From Bacilli bacterium (GTDB lineage Bacteria; Bacillota_I; Bacilli_A; RF39; UBA660): a stretch of DNA of 64,000 nt. Location of the stretch: the NCBI GenBank assembly GCA_017418945.1, contig JAFOMI010000040.1, positions 32 to 64,031 on the forward strand, read 5' to 3'. The notes under the pieces are model-generated. The model saw only the letters and a list, made by a program, of their open reading frames with translations. It made no database searches and had not been told where the DNA came from. Numbering within the stretch: the first letter of the stretch is position 1; each line of letters opens with the position of its first letter. Made by a program: the position numbers and the translations under genes. Below are positions 1 through 6,993 of this stretch, one piece after another.

Positions 1-25
1 TATGATAAAATAATATTGGAATTTG

Positions 26-51
26 AATTGGTCAGTTACAACTGACCAATT
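26..51. repeat. Perfect 10-bp inverted repeat with a 6-nt spacer (aattggtcag-ttacaa-ctgaccaatt)
   Basis: Read directly: 26-35 is the exact reverse complement of 42-51. No T-run follows, so it is more likely a protein-binding site or the stem of an upstream terminator than a classic intrinsic terminator. Confidence 0.45.
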
Positions 52-131
52 TAGAAATGAACAAATTAAAAATAATATGAAGTTAGAATATTATTTAGAT
101 TTTTTACTACAAATAAAAAGTTAATTTATAT

Positions 132-165
132 TTGTTAAAAATTATATATATTTAAATGGTATAAT
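132..165 (+). promoter_or_regulatory. Putative promoter of the 188-2133 operon (TTGTTA ... extended -10 TGgTATAAT)
   Basis: TGgTATAAT at 157-165 is a perfect extended -10, about 22 nt upstream of the ATG region. The -35-like TTGTTA at 132-137 has long spacing, so the -10 is the main evidence. Confidence 0.35.
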
Positions 166-187
166 TATAATTGGTTTAGGTGATGTT

Positions 188-1084
188 ATGTTAAGACAAT
201 TTAAAGGAATAAAATGGATAAATAATATTCCGAATTTTATTTTATATGATTATGAAAACAATATTATTGAATACAAAAAGGTTGAGGGAATTATAGATAT
301 AAAAAAAGAAGGTTTGAAAAAATGCAATGGGTATTATGATTTGGTTACACATAAATATGTTGTATGTCCAAATTTTAATAGTAGCGAATCAGATAATGTT
401 AAACAATGTGAAACATGTTCAAATATTACCGGATTTAATGAATGTCTTGGATGTGATGGTAAATATTGCAGAACTACTAATAGTATTGCAAAAGAATTTT
501 GTAATCAAAAACATGTTGTGTATATTGCTTTGTTTGGAAATAATAAATTTAAAGTTGGAACAGCAGCTGAATATAGAAAATATTCAAGAATACTTGAACA
601 AGGTGCTATAGCATCAATGTTTATTGCAGAAACACCAGATGGTAAACAGGCAAGATTTATAGAACATACAATATCAAAATTAGGATATGTACTTCAAGTG
701 AATTCATCGTTTAAATTGAAGAATTTAGTAATTGATAAGGATCGTATCGAAATTGAAAATATTTTAAAAAAACATTACAACAATATTATGAATGACATCC
801 CTGATGCTTTGAAAAAATTTTTAATTTCTCCCGAAATTAATTATTGTGAAAAAATTAATAAAATAAATAAAAGTATTTTTTCGGCAAATGATATGCAGTT
901 ATCTCTTCTTGAGGATAATATTGAAAACACATATGACATTAACTATTTGTTGCATTATGATAGTATATGTGGTAAAATAGCAAACGTTATTGGAACTTTT
1001 CTAGTAATAAAATCAAATAATGATTTTGTAATTTACGATACTAAAGAATTAGAGGGATGTATTGTAAAAATAAAATTAGGTTAG
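188..1084 (+). CDS. Cys-rich (zinc-ribbon-like) protein with a T5orf172/MUG113 GIY-YIG-like domain
   Basis: 298-aa ORF. Cysteine cluster CETC...CLGCDGKYC, followed by VYIALFGNNKFKVGTAAEYRKYSRILEQG and ARFIEHTISKLGY. This resembles the T5orf172 (GIY-YIG-like) pattern YKIGxT...RxxQL...AE..H..L. A 12-bp gap to the next ORF implies an operon. The domain call is from memory of the family consensus only. Confidence 0.5.
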   Translation: MLRQFKGIKWINNIPNFILYDYENNIIEYKKVEGIIDIKKEGLKKCNGYYDLVTHKYVVCPNFNSSESDNVKQCETCSNITGFNECLGCDGKYCRTTNSIAKEFCNQKHVVYIALFGNNKFKVGTAAEYRKYSRILEQGAIASMFIAETPDGKQARFIEHTISKLGYVLQVNSSFKLKNLVIDKDRIEIENILKKHYNNIMNDIPDALKKFLISPEINYCEKINKINKSIFSANDMQLSLLEDNIENTYDINYLLHYDSICGKIANVIGTFLVIKSNNDFVIYDTKELEGCIVKIKLG

Positions 1085-1095
1085 GGGAATTTTAA

Positions 1096-2133
1096 ATGTT
1101 TGATTATCACGGAATAGATTACAGTAGTATAGTTGATTTAGGTTATACAATGGCAACTTTTGAAAACCATTCGATGGGGCAATCACTTGAAAGATATATT
1201 GAAATGAAATTACAAGATATAATCTTTAGTGATTCAATATCAGAAATACGTGTTGTAGGTAATTATGATAGAACTAAAGGTATTTCTGTTAAAGAAAAAA
1301 ATGATAAAACTTTCAATTATAAGCGACCAACAGTTTTTGTGAATGGTGATGTTGCAACAATTAATTGTTATCCTGGTATGGATTATGTATATCATTATGC
1401 AAGTCTAGTAAAAACATATTTAGCTATATTAGGCATAAAAAAGAAAATTACAGTACAATTTCCTACAGTTCAACAAATTGAAAATCAATTAATGCGCTCT
1501 AATATAAATGAGATACCAAAATGTAAAACAGTAATATTAGGATATGTTCAAGGTTTTGAGTATTTGTCTAATACAGAAAATTGGCTTGGAACAGGAGATT
1601 TTTTGTGGAAGCAAATAACAGACGATAAAATATTAGTTGGTTGTAAGCATAGTTACTGGGGAGATATTGCTGGTTATATTGTTGCCGCATTAGCACGAAA
1701 AGGCGTAAAAAGAGTTATATATGTAGGAAAACTTGGAACATTAAACAAAAACTATGCACCAAATGAGACAATTGCTACAGGAAATAAAAGTATATTTATT
1801 GATGGTAGTTTTGTTGAATGGAATAATGTATTTGAAGATTTTAATTCTGATGCCATTAAGAATGGTATTCATTATACATTACCTAGTATAATTCAAGAAA
1901 CAAAAGAATGGGTTTTACAAAATAGAGAAGAAATTGCATTTGTTGATCCAGAAATTGGGCATATGGCTAAATCAGCAATGCAAAACGGAATTGATTATTC
2001 ATATTTACATATTATATCTGACAATTTATCAAAAAAATTCTCAGAAGACCTATCTAACGAAAGAAAAGAAGATGTCTTAATTAAAAGAAAAAAATTAATC
2101 AAGACAATAGGAAATTGCTTAATGGATATATAA
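1096..2133 (+). CDS. PNP/MTA-nucleosidase-fold (PNP_UDP_1-like) domain protein with an unassigned ~140-aa N-terminal region
   Basis: 345 aa. C-terminal half has ILVGCKHSYWGDIAGYIVAALARKGVKRVIYVGKLG, DPEIGHMAKSAMQNGI and LHIISDNL. These mirror the G-rich loop, the E..A motif and the terminal (I/V)SD motif of MTA/SAH nucleosidase and purine nucleoside phosphorylase fold proteins. The N-terminal ~140 aa was not recognised. Confidence 0.55.
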   Translation: MFDYHGIDYSSIVDLGYTMATFENHSMGQSLERYIEMKLQDIIFSDSISEIRVVGNYDRTKGISVKEKNDKTFNYKRPTVFVNGDVATINCYPGMDYVYHYASLVKTYLAILGIKKKITVQFPTVQQIENQLMRSNINEIPKCKTVILGYVQGFEYLSNTENWLGTGDFLWKQITDDKILVGCKHSYWGDIAGYIVAALARKGVKRVIYVGKLGTLNKNYAPNETIATGNKSIFIDGSFVEWNNVFEDFNSDAIKNGIHYTLPSIIQETKEWVLQNREEIAFVDPEIGHMAKSAMQNGIDYSYLHIISDNLSKKFSEDLSNERKEDVLIKRKKLIKTIGNCLMDI

Positions 2134-2136
2134 AAA

Positions 2137-2164
2137 CTGTGTATTTAAACACAGTTATTTTTTT
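2137..2164. terminator. Bidirectional intrinsic terminator between convergent genes
   Basis: Hairpin ctgtgt-atttaa-acacag (2137-2154) with an A-run before and T-run after. It sits between the + strand stop at 2133 and the - strand stop at 2145-2147. Confidence 0.5.
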
Positions 2165-2714
2165 CCATTACTAATTGAGGGTATCCTGCAAATATTTGTT
2201 TTCCAACTTTAATATTTAATTCTTCTATAGTATCCATAATATATTTCATACTATCATCCTCATTATCATATAAATTTGTTTTGAATTCTAATTCGATGAA
2301 ATCACCTAAATTTTCTATGGAATCAATTGATATAACAATATTATTATATTCGAATGAGTTTCTTTTTTTTTCAACAACTATTATTTGTTTGAAATCTAGT
2401 GCATCTAGCATTTCAATCATTCCGTTATAGTCATCTATTCCAATTTCAATTTCTTTACAAGAAATTTTATTATTACCATTATTATTACTCCAATTTTTGT
2501 AATTAATAGTTTTTTCTTCCTTTGTATCTCTTATTCTAAGCCATTCTGAAATAGGTTTTTTTTCAAGAAAATTCTCATGTGCTGGTGTATAATATATATC
2601 CTTTTGATAATTGTTTTCTTCAATTGTTTTACCTAATTCTTTTAATTTTGATATTGTTTCTTTTTTGTTATGTAAAGGAAATTTTGCTTCAATCTCAATT
2701 CTTTTTCTTTCCAT
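2145..2714 (-). CDS. CYTH-domain protein (class IV adenylyl cyclase CyaB / triphosphate-tunnel metalloenzyme family)
   Basis: N-terminal IEIEAKF matches the CYTH ExExK signature. The size (~189 aa from the internal start MERKRIEIEAKF, which has a GGAGG RBS; the ORF-track start at 2762 is less likely) is typical of CyaB-like proteins. Confidence 0.6.
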   Translation of the reverse strand: MERKRIEIEAKFPLHNKKETISKLKELGKTIEENNYQKDIYYTPAHENFLEKKPISEWLRIRDTKEEKTINYKNWSNNNGNNKISCKEIEIGIDDYNGMIEMLDALDFKQIIVVEKKRNSFEYNNIVISIDSIENLGDFIELEFKTNLYDNEDDSMKYIMDTIEELNIKVGKQIFAGYPQLVMEKNNCV

Positions 2715-2887
2715 ATCTTTACCTCCATATGAATTATATAATATTTTACTTTTTAAAGTCAATTAACTATAATCATAAATTCTAAAAATATATATTTGAA
2801 AAAAACTGTAATTAAAAAAATAAGATGTAATTAAATAGACTTGTATTTATTACTTCTAATTTCTTCAGTGCAGTTATTAAATTTAAC

Positions 2888-2975
2888 TTTTTTTGTTGCA
2901 ACTAACTAGATTTGTGGTAAATGTTCATACTGATATGTATTAATTCTTAATCGTTACTGAAAGTTGTAAATAATT
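2888..2975 (+). repeat. Copy A of a ~90-bp direct repeat carrying a sigma-A-type promoter plus conserved leader
   Basis: ttttttgTTGCAA-N16-TGgTAAATg followed by atactgatatgtattaattcttaatcgttactgaaagttgtaaataa. Aligns at about 85% identity with 3845-3943. It points into the 3' end of the convergent 2998-3822 gene. Confidence 0.6.
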
Positions 2976-2997
2976 ACTTGATTTATTTATAATATTA

Positions 2998-3822
2998 TTA
3001 TTGATATATTGCAATAGGAATTACAACAAATGCTGGACCCATTATTTTGTCTTTTATTTCTTTAGGATTGGACATATTTTTTTTAGATATCTGCCTTCTT
3101 TGTTCACGATTGATTGCCATTGATTTAACATCTTCAAATATTTCATCTAAGCATATACTATTTCCTTTTTCTATTTTCTTTTGAACTTTACATAGCATGT
3201 ATACTTGAGAAACAAAATTATCTTTAGATGTTTTTAAAAATGTTTTATCTATATTACCAATTAATGGATATTTTTTGTCTTCAAAGTTAAAAACACAGGA
3301 AAGTGAATTGTCATTTCTAGAATTAGATAACATTTGAAATCCATCTAAAGCCTCTTGTTCCTTTTCATCTATTATATTATTACCTAGAAAAGGTGCAAAT
3401 GCATCATATAGTTGTTTAAAACCATTTACAGCATTTGTTACTTCTTCTAATTTTGAAAAGCGTGGTGTTACTAAAACTTCAATAAAATCATCTCTATAAA
3501 TATTATCCCATATTTCTTGATTTATATTTTCATAATATTTTAATTCATCATTTTCTTTTAAATATTTAATTATTCTATCCAATTTACTTGCATCATTTAC
3601 TCTTGCATTTAATAATATTTTTTCTTCTTTTTGACTACCTAAGTTCCCTTCCATATTTGCTTTGGAAAATCCAACGCCTAGTTTTCCACCTTTATTAGTT
3701 GTTGAACTTTGTGTTATTTCTTGTTCTTCATAAATATATCCATCAATAATGGAAATATAATTGTCAAGTGCCTCAGTATCTGCATATAAAATTTTTCTAA
3801 GCATCTTTATCACCTCTGACAA
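2998..3822 (-). CDS. Hypothetical protein (274 aa) with a hydrophobic C-terminal tail (GPAFVVIPIAIYQ)
   Basis: Long ORF with an aggaGGTGAtaaagATG-type RBS upstream on the minus strand. No recognisable motif. Flanked by direct-repeat copies A and B. Confidence 0.6.
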   Translation of the reverse strand: MSEVIKMLRKILYADTEALDNYISIIDGYIYEEQEITQSSTTNKGGKLGVGFSKANMEGNLGSQKEEKILLNARVNDASKLDRIIKYLKENDELKYYENINQEIWDNIYRDDFIEVLVTPRFSKLEEVTNAVNGFKQLYDAFAPFLGNNIIDEKEQEALDGFQMLSNSRNDNSLSCVFNFEDKKYPLIGNIDKTFLKTSKDNFVSQVYMLCKVQKKIEKGNSICLDEIFEDVKSMAINREQRRQISKKNMSNPKEIKDKIMGPAFVVIPIAIYQ

Positions 3823-3844
3823 TATTCTATCATAAAATCAGCAC

Positions 3845-3952
3845 TTTTTTATTGCAATTAGTCAATTTTATGGTAAAATATTTATAGAGAATGATACTGA
3901 TATGTATTAATTCCTAATCGTGATGGAAAAGTTGTAAATAACTTAACCAATC
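3845..3952 (+). repeat. Copy B of the ~90-bp direct repeat (promoter plus conserved leader)
   Basis: ttttttaTTGCAA(3852-3857)-N16-TGgTAAAAT(3871-3879) followed by atgatactgatatgtattaattcctaatcgtgatggaaaagttgtaaataa. Same architecture as copy A. Confidence 0.6.
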
Positions 3953-3997
3953 GCTCCAGATTGATGAATAATACGAACTTATAGTTCGTTTTTTTTA
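3886..3997 (+). ncRNA. Candidate ~110-nt small RNA (promoter of repeat copy B to an intrinsic terminator)
   Basis: Near-consensus promoter (TTGCAA-16-TGgTAAAAT) with predicted TSS around 3886. Conserved leader, then hairpin acgaact-tat-agttcgt (3973-3989) plus T8 (3990-3997). No ORF with an RBS in between. The downstream CDS has its own RBS at 4041-4046. Confidence 0.4.
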
Positions 3998-4054
3998 TAC
4001 TTGAATAATAAGATTATGTTTGATAAAATATTTTTTATCAAGAGGGAAAACTAT

Positions 4055-4579
4055 ATGGGTTATTATAATAAAATGTTAGATTTATATTTTAAAGAAAAGA
4101 ATTATACAAAAGAAGAAATAGAAAAAATATTGGATGAAAATCCTTTTGATTCAAATTTTTCGCATTGGGAAAGTAATATATTATTTGAAGGTAAGTTATT
4201 TTCTAATTCTCTTAAGAAAAATGGAATTGTAGGTAGAGATGATTCTGTACAAGAATTAGTATTGTTTGATGAATTAGGTGTATGTAAGAATGTTACTAAT
4301 TATGTGGATTATATAAAGATAAATGATAATAATGTAAAAGGTACTAAAGTCGCTAAGAAAAAGGTAATATATAAAGGGCATTATGATGAAGAATATGAAT
4401 TTTTAAAATGCCTAGAATATAAAAGAATACCATTTGCTATTGGAATATGTACAAAAGATAAAGAATATTATAAAAGAATTTTAGAAATATATAAGTTTTA
4501 TTTATTAAAATTTAAAAATAGTAAAGTAATAGATGAAATAGATTATAATAGAGATATTTTAATATTTAAATCAAGATAA
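4055..4579 (+). CDS. Hypothetical protein (174 aa from the RBS-supported ATG)
   Basis: AGAGGG RBS 8 nt before the ATG at 4055 (MGYYNKMLDLYF...). The ORF track begins at a TTG at 4001 with no RBS. No recognisable domain. Confidence 0.55.
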   Translation: MGYYNKMLDLYFKEKNYTKEEIEKILDENPFDSNFSHWESNILFEGKLFSNSLKKNGIVGRDDSVQELVLFDELGVCKNVTNYVDYIKINDNNVKGTKVAKKKVIYKGHYDEEYEFLKCLEYKRIPFAIGICTKDKEYYKRILEIYKFYLLKFKNSKVIDEIDYNRDILIFKSR

Positions 4580-4601
4580 GGATTTTTTTTACATAAATGT
4601 A

Positions 4602-4629
4602 TTGATTAAAATAAAATTTATGGTAAAAT
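4602..4629 (+). promoter_or_regulatory. Promoter of the tRNA-Gly gene (TTGATT-N16-TGgTAAAAT)
   Basis: -35 TTGATT at 4602-4607 and extended -10 tggtaaaat at 4621-4629, about 12 nt before the tRNA 5' end. Shares the 17-nt string ttatggtaaaatattt with repeat copy B. Confidence 0.55.
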
Positions 4630-4640
4630 ATTTCTTGTAC

Positions 4641-4715
4641 GCAAGTGTAGTACAATGGTTAGTACGAGGCCTTGCCAAGGCTTAGACGAGAGTTCGATTC
4701 TCTTCACTTGCTCCA
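4641..4715 (+). tRNA. tRNA-Gly (anticodon GCC)
   Basis: Cloverleaf folded by hand: acceptor gcaagtg/cacttgc, D-arm gtac-aatggtta-gtac, anticodon stem aggcc/ggctt with loop ttGCCaa, T-arm gagag-ttcgatt-ctctt, discriminator T and encoded CCA. Confidence 0.85.
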
Positions 4716-4723
4716 AAAAAAGT

Positions 4724-4751
4724 TACTAGTCGGTTGACTAGTTTTTTTTTT
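4724..4751 (+). terminator. Intrinsic terminator after the tRNA (bidirectional-looking)
   Basis: Hairpin actagtc-ggtt-gactagt followed by T10, preceded by an A7 run. Confidence 0.7.
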
Positions 4752-4764
4752 GGAACAAGTTAAG

Positions 4765-4797
4765 CTTACTCTCGTCTAAGCTCTTTACTAACCATTG
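4765..4797 (-). repeat. Inverted, internally deleted partial copy of the tRNA-Gly gene
   Basis: The reverse complement caatggttagtaaagagcttagacgagagtaag matches the tRNA D-loop/D-stem (caatggttagta) and the variable/T-stem region (gcttagacgagag), with the anticodon arm missing. Confidence 0.55.
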
Positions 4798-4917
4798 AAA
4801 TTATTGCCTAAAAGTAATAATATCCTTTTTTTTGAACTTTTAATATAACTAATATTTATAATTGATTAAATATCAAAAAAAATATATAATAAAAATATAT
4901 AGTATAGAGGTGGTTAA

Positions 4918-5544
4918 ATGAAAAAGGTTAGAGAAGAGTATTTAAATGATAAAATTAATTATGATAAAAAGCAGTTAATTGGAATTGTTTCATTAATTAT
5001 TATATTTTCTGGTTTGTTTGGTTATGTTTATGAATTTATTTTTTATTATTTTAATGGTGGAATGAAAACTTTTTATATGCAAGGAGGTAATTTCTTACCA
5101 TGGATTAATATTTATGCGATAGGTGGTATTATTATTTTGATATTAACAAGTAAGTATAAAAAGAGTCCTTTTAATGTATTTTTTATTAGTTTAATATCAT
5201 CTCTTTTATTAGAATTTACATCTGGTTATATTTTAAATCATTTATTTGGATTAAGATTCTGGAATTATAATAATGAAATACTTAATTTTGGAAATGTAGG
5301 TGGATATATTTGTTTTAGAAGCGTTACTTTCTTTGGTATATCTGGTTTATTATTAATTTACTTCATTATTCCATTTTGTATTTATTTATCAAAAAAATTT
5401 AATCATAAAAAGTTTATGATATTATGCTTAATTATATTAAGTATAGTTTTATTAGATGAAGTTTATAATTTATTAATATGTAAGCTGTTTGATTTACCAT
5501 CTGCGATTAAAATATATAAAAGCTTAGGATTTAAATATGTATAA
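4918..5544 (+). CDS. Hypothetical polytopic membrane protein
   Basis: 208 aa with about 5-6 hydrophobic segments. RBS agaggtgg before the ATG. Confidence 0.6.
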   Translation: MKKVREEYLNDKINYDKKQLIGIVSLIIIFSGLFGYVYEFIFYYFNGGMKTFYMQGGNFLPWINIYAIGGIIILILTSKYKKSPFNVFFISLISSLLLEFTSGYILNHLFGLRFWNYNNEILNFGNVGGYICFRSVTFFGISGLLLIYFIIPFCIYLSKKFNHKKFMILCLIILSIVLLDEVYNLLICKLFDLPSAIKIYKSLGFKYV

Positions 5545-5557
5545 AAAAATAGTGAGA

Positions 5558-6907
5558 TTATTTTTTAATCTCACTATTTTTTAATGTTAAAGTCTTATTG
5601 TTATTTTTCATTTTTCCTTCATTATATAATTCTACTTCACTTACTAAGTCTAAAGGTTTATAATCTTTAATATTATTCTTTATTCTTTGAAGTTTTTCTT
5701 CTACATCACGAAGTGCGTAACTAAGACCTCTCATTTGTTTTTCTAGAGCAGGATTATTTGTATTTGAATTAAAGTATTTATCATCATGAAGAGCCCATGC
5801 ATCCATTACCATTGTTCTAACTATTACTTCCATTATAATAGGTTGAACATCATTTACCATAGGTATATTAAAGACTAAATTAATCTTATATCCTCTATAT
5901 CCAGATGGTTTTGGTTCAGCAAATCTATCACTTATACTTGTAATTTCTACATTATCCATTTTACCAATTTCTTGTTTAAATTGTTTTATAAAATCTAACG
6001 CAACTTTTTCATCTATACAAACTACTTTAAATCCAATAATATCGTGTATGTTTGTAATGATATCTTTAGCAGTACATGATAGTTTTCTCATTTTTAATTT
6101 TCTATTTATACTTGGTAAAGATTTTATTCTTGATGTTACATGAAGAATATCTCCTTTATTATCGTAATTTTTTATAAAAGTCTTTAAATCTTCATCAAAT
6201 TTATTATTTATGATTTGATAAAGGTGTCCTATTTTTTTATATTCTTCTTGTATTTTTTGTAATTCTTCATTACTTTGTTCTTCTTTATTAATACTTTCTT
6301 TTCTAATTAATTCATCTAATGCTTTATCATAGAAGAATAATTCATCACTAAGTTTTTTTAATTCATTTTTATCTTCTAAACTAGCATTACCTTTATAACT
6401 TAATTTATGTTCTTCTCTTGCGAATATATCCATGAATATAGTTCTTATTTGTATTTCTGCATAAACATAACTTATACCAGAAGATTTTTTTATTGGAACT
6501 TTTACAATAACGTGATATCCCATATATCCACTTTCTTTAGGGTCCTTGATATAATCTTTTATTTTTTCAATTTCAAAGTATTTAGTATTTTTTATTGTAT
6601 CAAGTACTTCTTTTGCATCAGTTAAGTTTAAACAAACTAATCTTACTCCAACAACATCACGTATATTATCGTAAGTTATATCTCTATTTTCTCTATTCAT
6701 TCTATCATTTATTTTATTTAAAAAACTATTTTCTTTTTTTATTCTTTCACTTTGATAGGCAACTTTATCTTTAATACCTTCGTTTTTTAATTTTTCCATT
6801 ATTTCTAAAAGATTATTTAAGGCATTAATATTATTTTCTTTTTCATATCTATAACGCACTAACTCTGATAATAGTTTTTCTTTTCTTTCATCAGTTAATG
6901 TAGCCAT
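5558..6907 (-). CDS. Tandem two-domain RelA/SpoT-family nucleotide pyrophosphokinase (duplicated small-alarmone-synthetase-like domains)
   Basis: Domain 1: DVVGVRLVC ... DYIKDPKESGYMGYH ... AEIQIRTIFMDIFAREEHKLSYK. Domain 2: DIIGFKVVC ... AEPKPSGYRGYK ... MEVIVRTMVMDAWALHDDKYF. Both match the RelQ/RelP synthetase motifs D..G.R, PK.SGY and (I/V)Q(I/V)RT..M..WA. Start taken at the RBS-supported MATLTDE (AGAGGG); the ORF track extends to 6991. Confidence 0.75.
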   Translation of the reverse strand: MATLTDERKEKLLSELVRYRYEKENNINALNNLLEIMEKLKNEGIKDKVAYQSERIKKENSFLNKINDRMNRENRDITYDNIRDVVGVRLVCLNLTDAKEVLDTIKNTKYFEIEKIKDYIKDPKESGYMGYHVIVKVPIKKSSGISYVYAEIQIRTIFMDIFAREEHKLSYKGNASLEDKNELKKLSDELFFYDKALDELIRKESINKEEQSNEELQKIQEEYKKIGHLYQIINNKFDEDLKTFIKNYDNKGDILHVTSRIKSLPSINRKLKMRKLSCTAKDIITNIHDIIGFKVVCIDEKVALDFIKQFKQEIGKMDNVEITSISDRFAEPKPSGYRGYKINLVFNIPMVNDVQPIIMEVIVRTMVMDAWALHDDKYFNSNTNNPALEKQMRGLSYALRDVEEKLQRIKNNIKDYKPLDLVSEVELYNEGKMKNNNKTLTLKNSEIKK

Positions 6908-6993
6908 TTTATCCCTCTTTTCGAAGTGAAGATAATATATCACTTTTTTGGTTAAAAAGCAAATTTTTAAAAAAAAGAAGTAAATTTTCATAT

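Noticed and set aside
327-611. 94-aa ORF nested in another frame inside the 188-1084 gene
   Set aside because: Fully overlapped by a longer ORF with recognisable motifs. The translation is low-complexity (I/L/N-rich), typical of AT-rich frame noise. No RBS.
2579-2785. 68-aa + strand ORF antisense to the CYTH gene
   Set aside because: Antisense to a motif-bearing gene. F/L/I-rich translation characteristic of the reverse frame of AT-rich coding DNA.
3866-4640. Shared 17-nt string ttatggtaaaatattt at 3867 and 4617 as possible att direct repeats bounding a mobile segment
   Set aside because: The string is the extended -10 (TGgTAAAAT) of two strong promoters in the same orientation. Promoter convergence explains the identity more simply than an att site. 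The idea is kept as a note in the findings.
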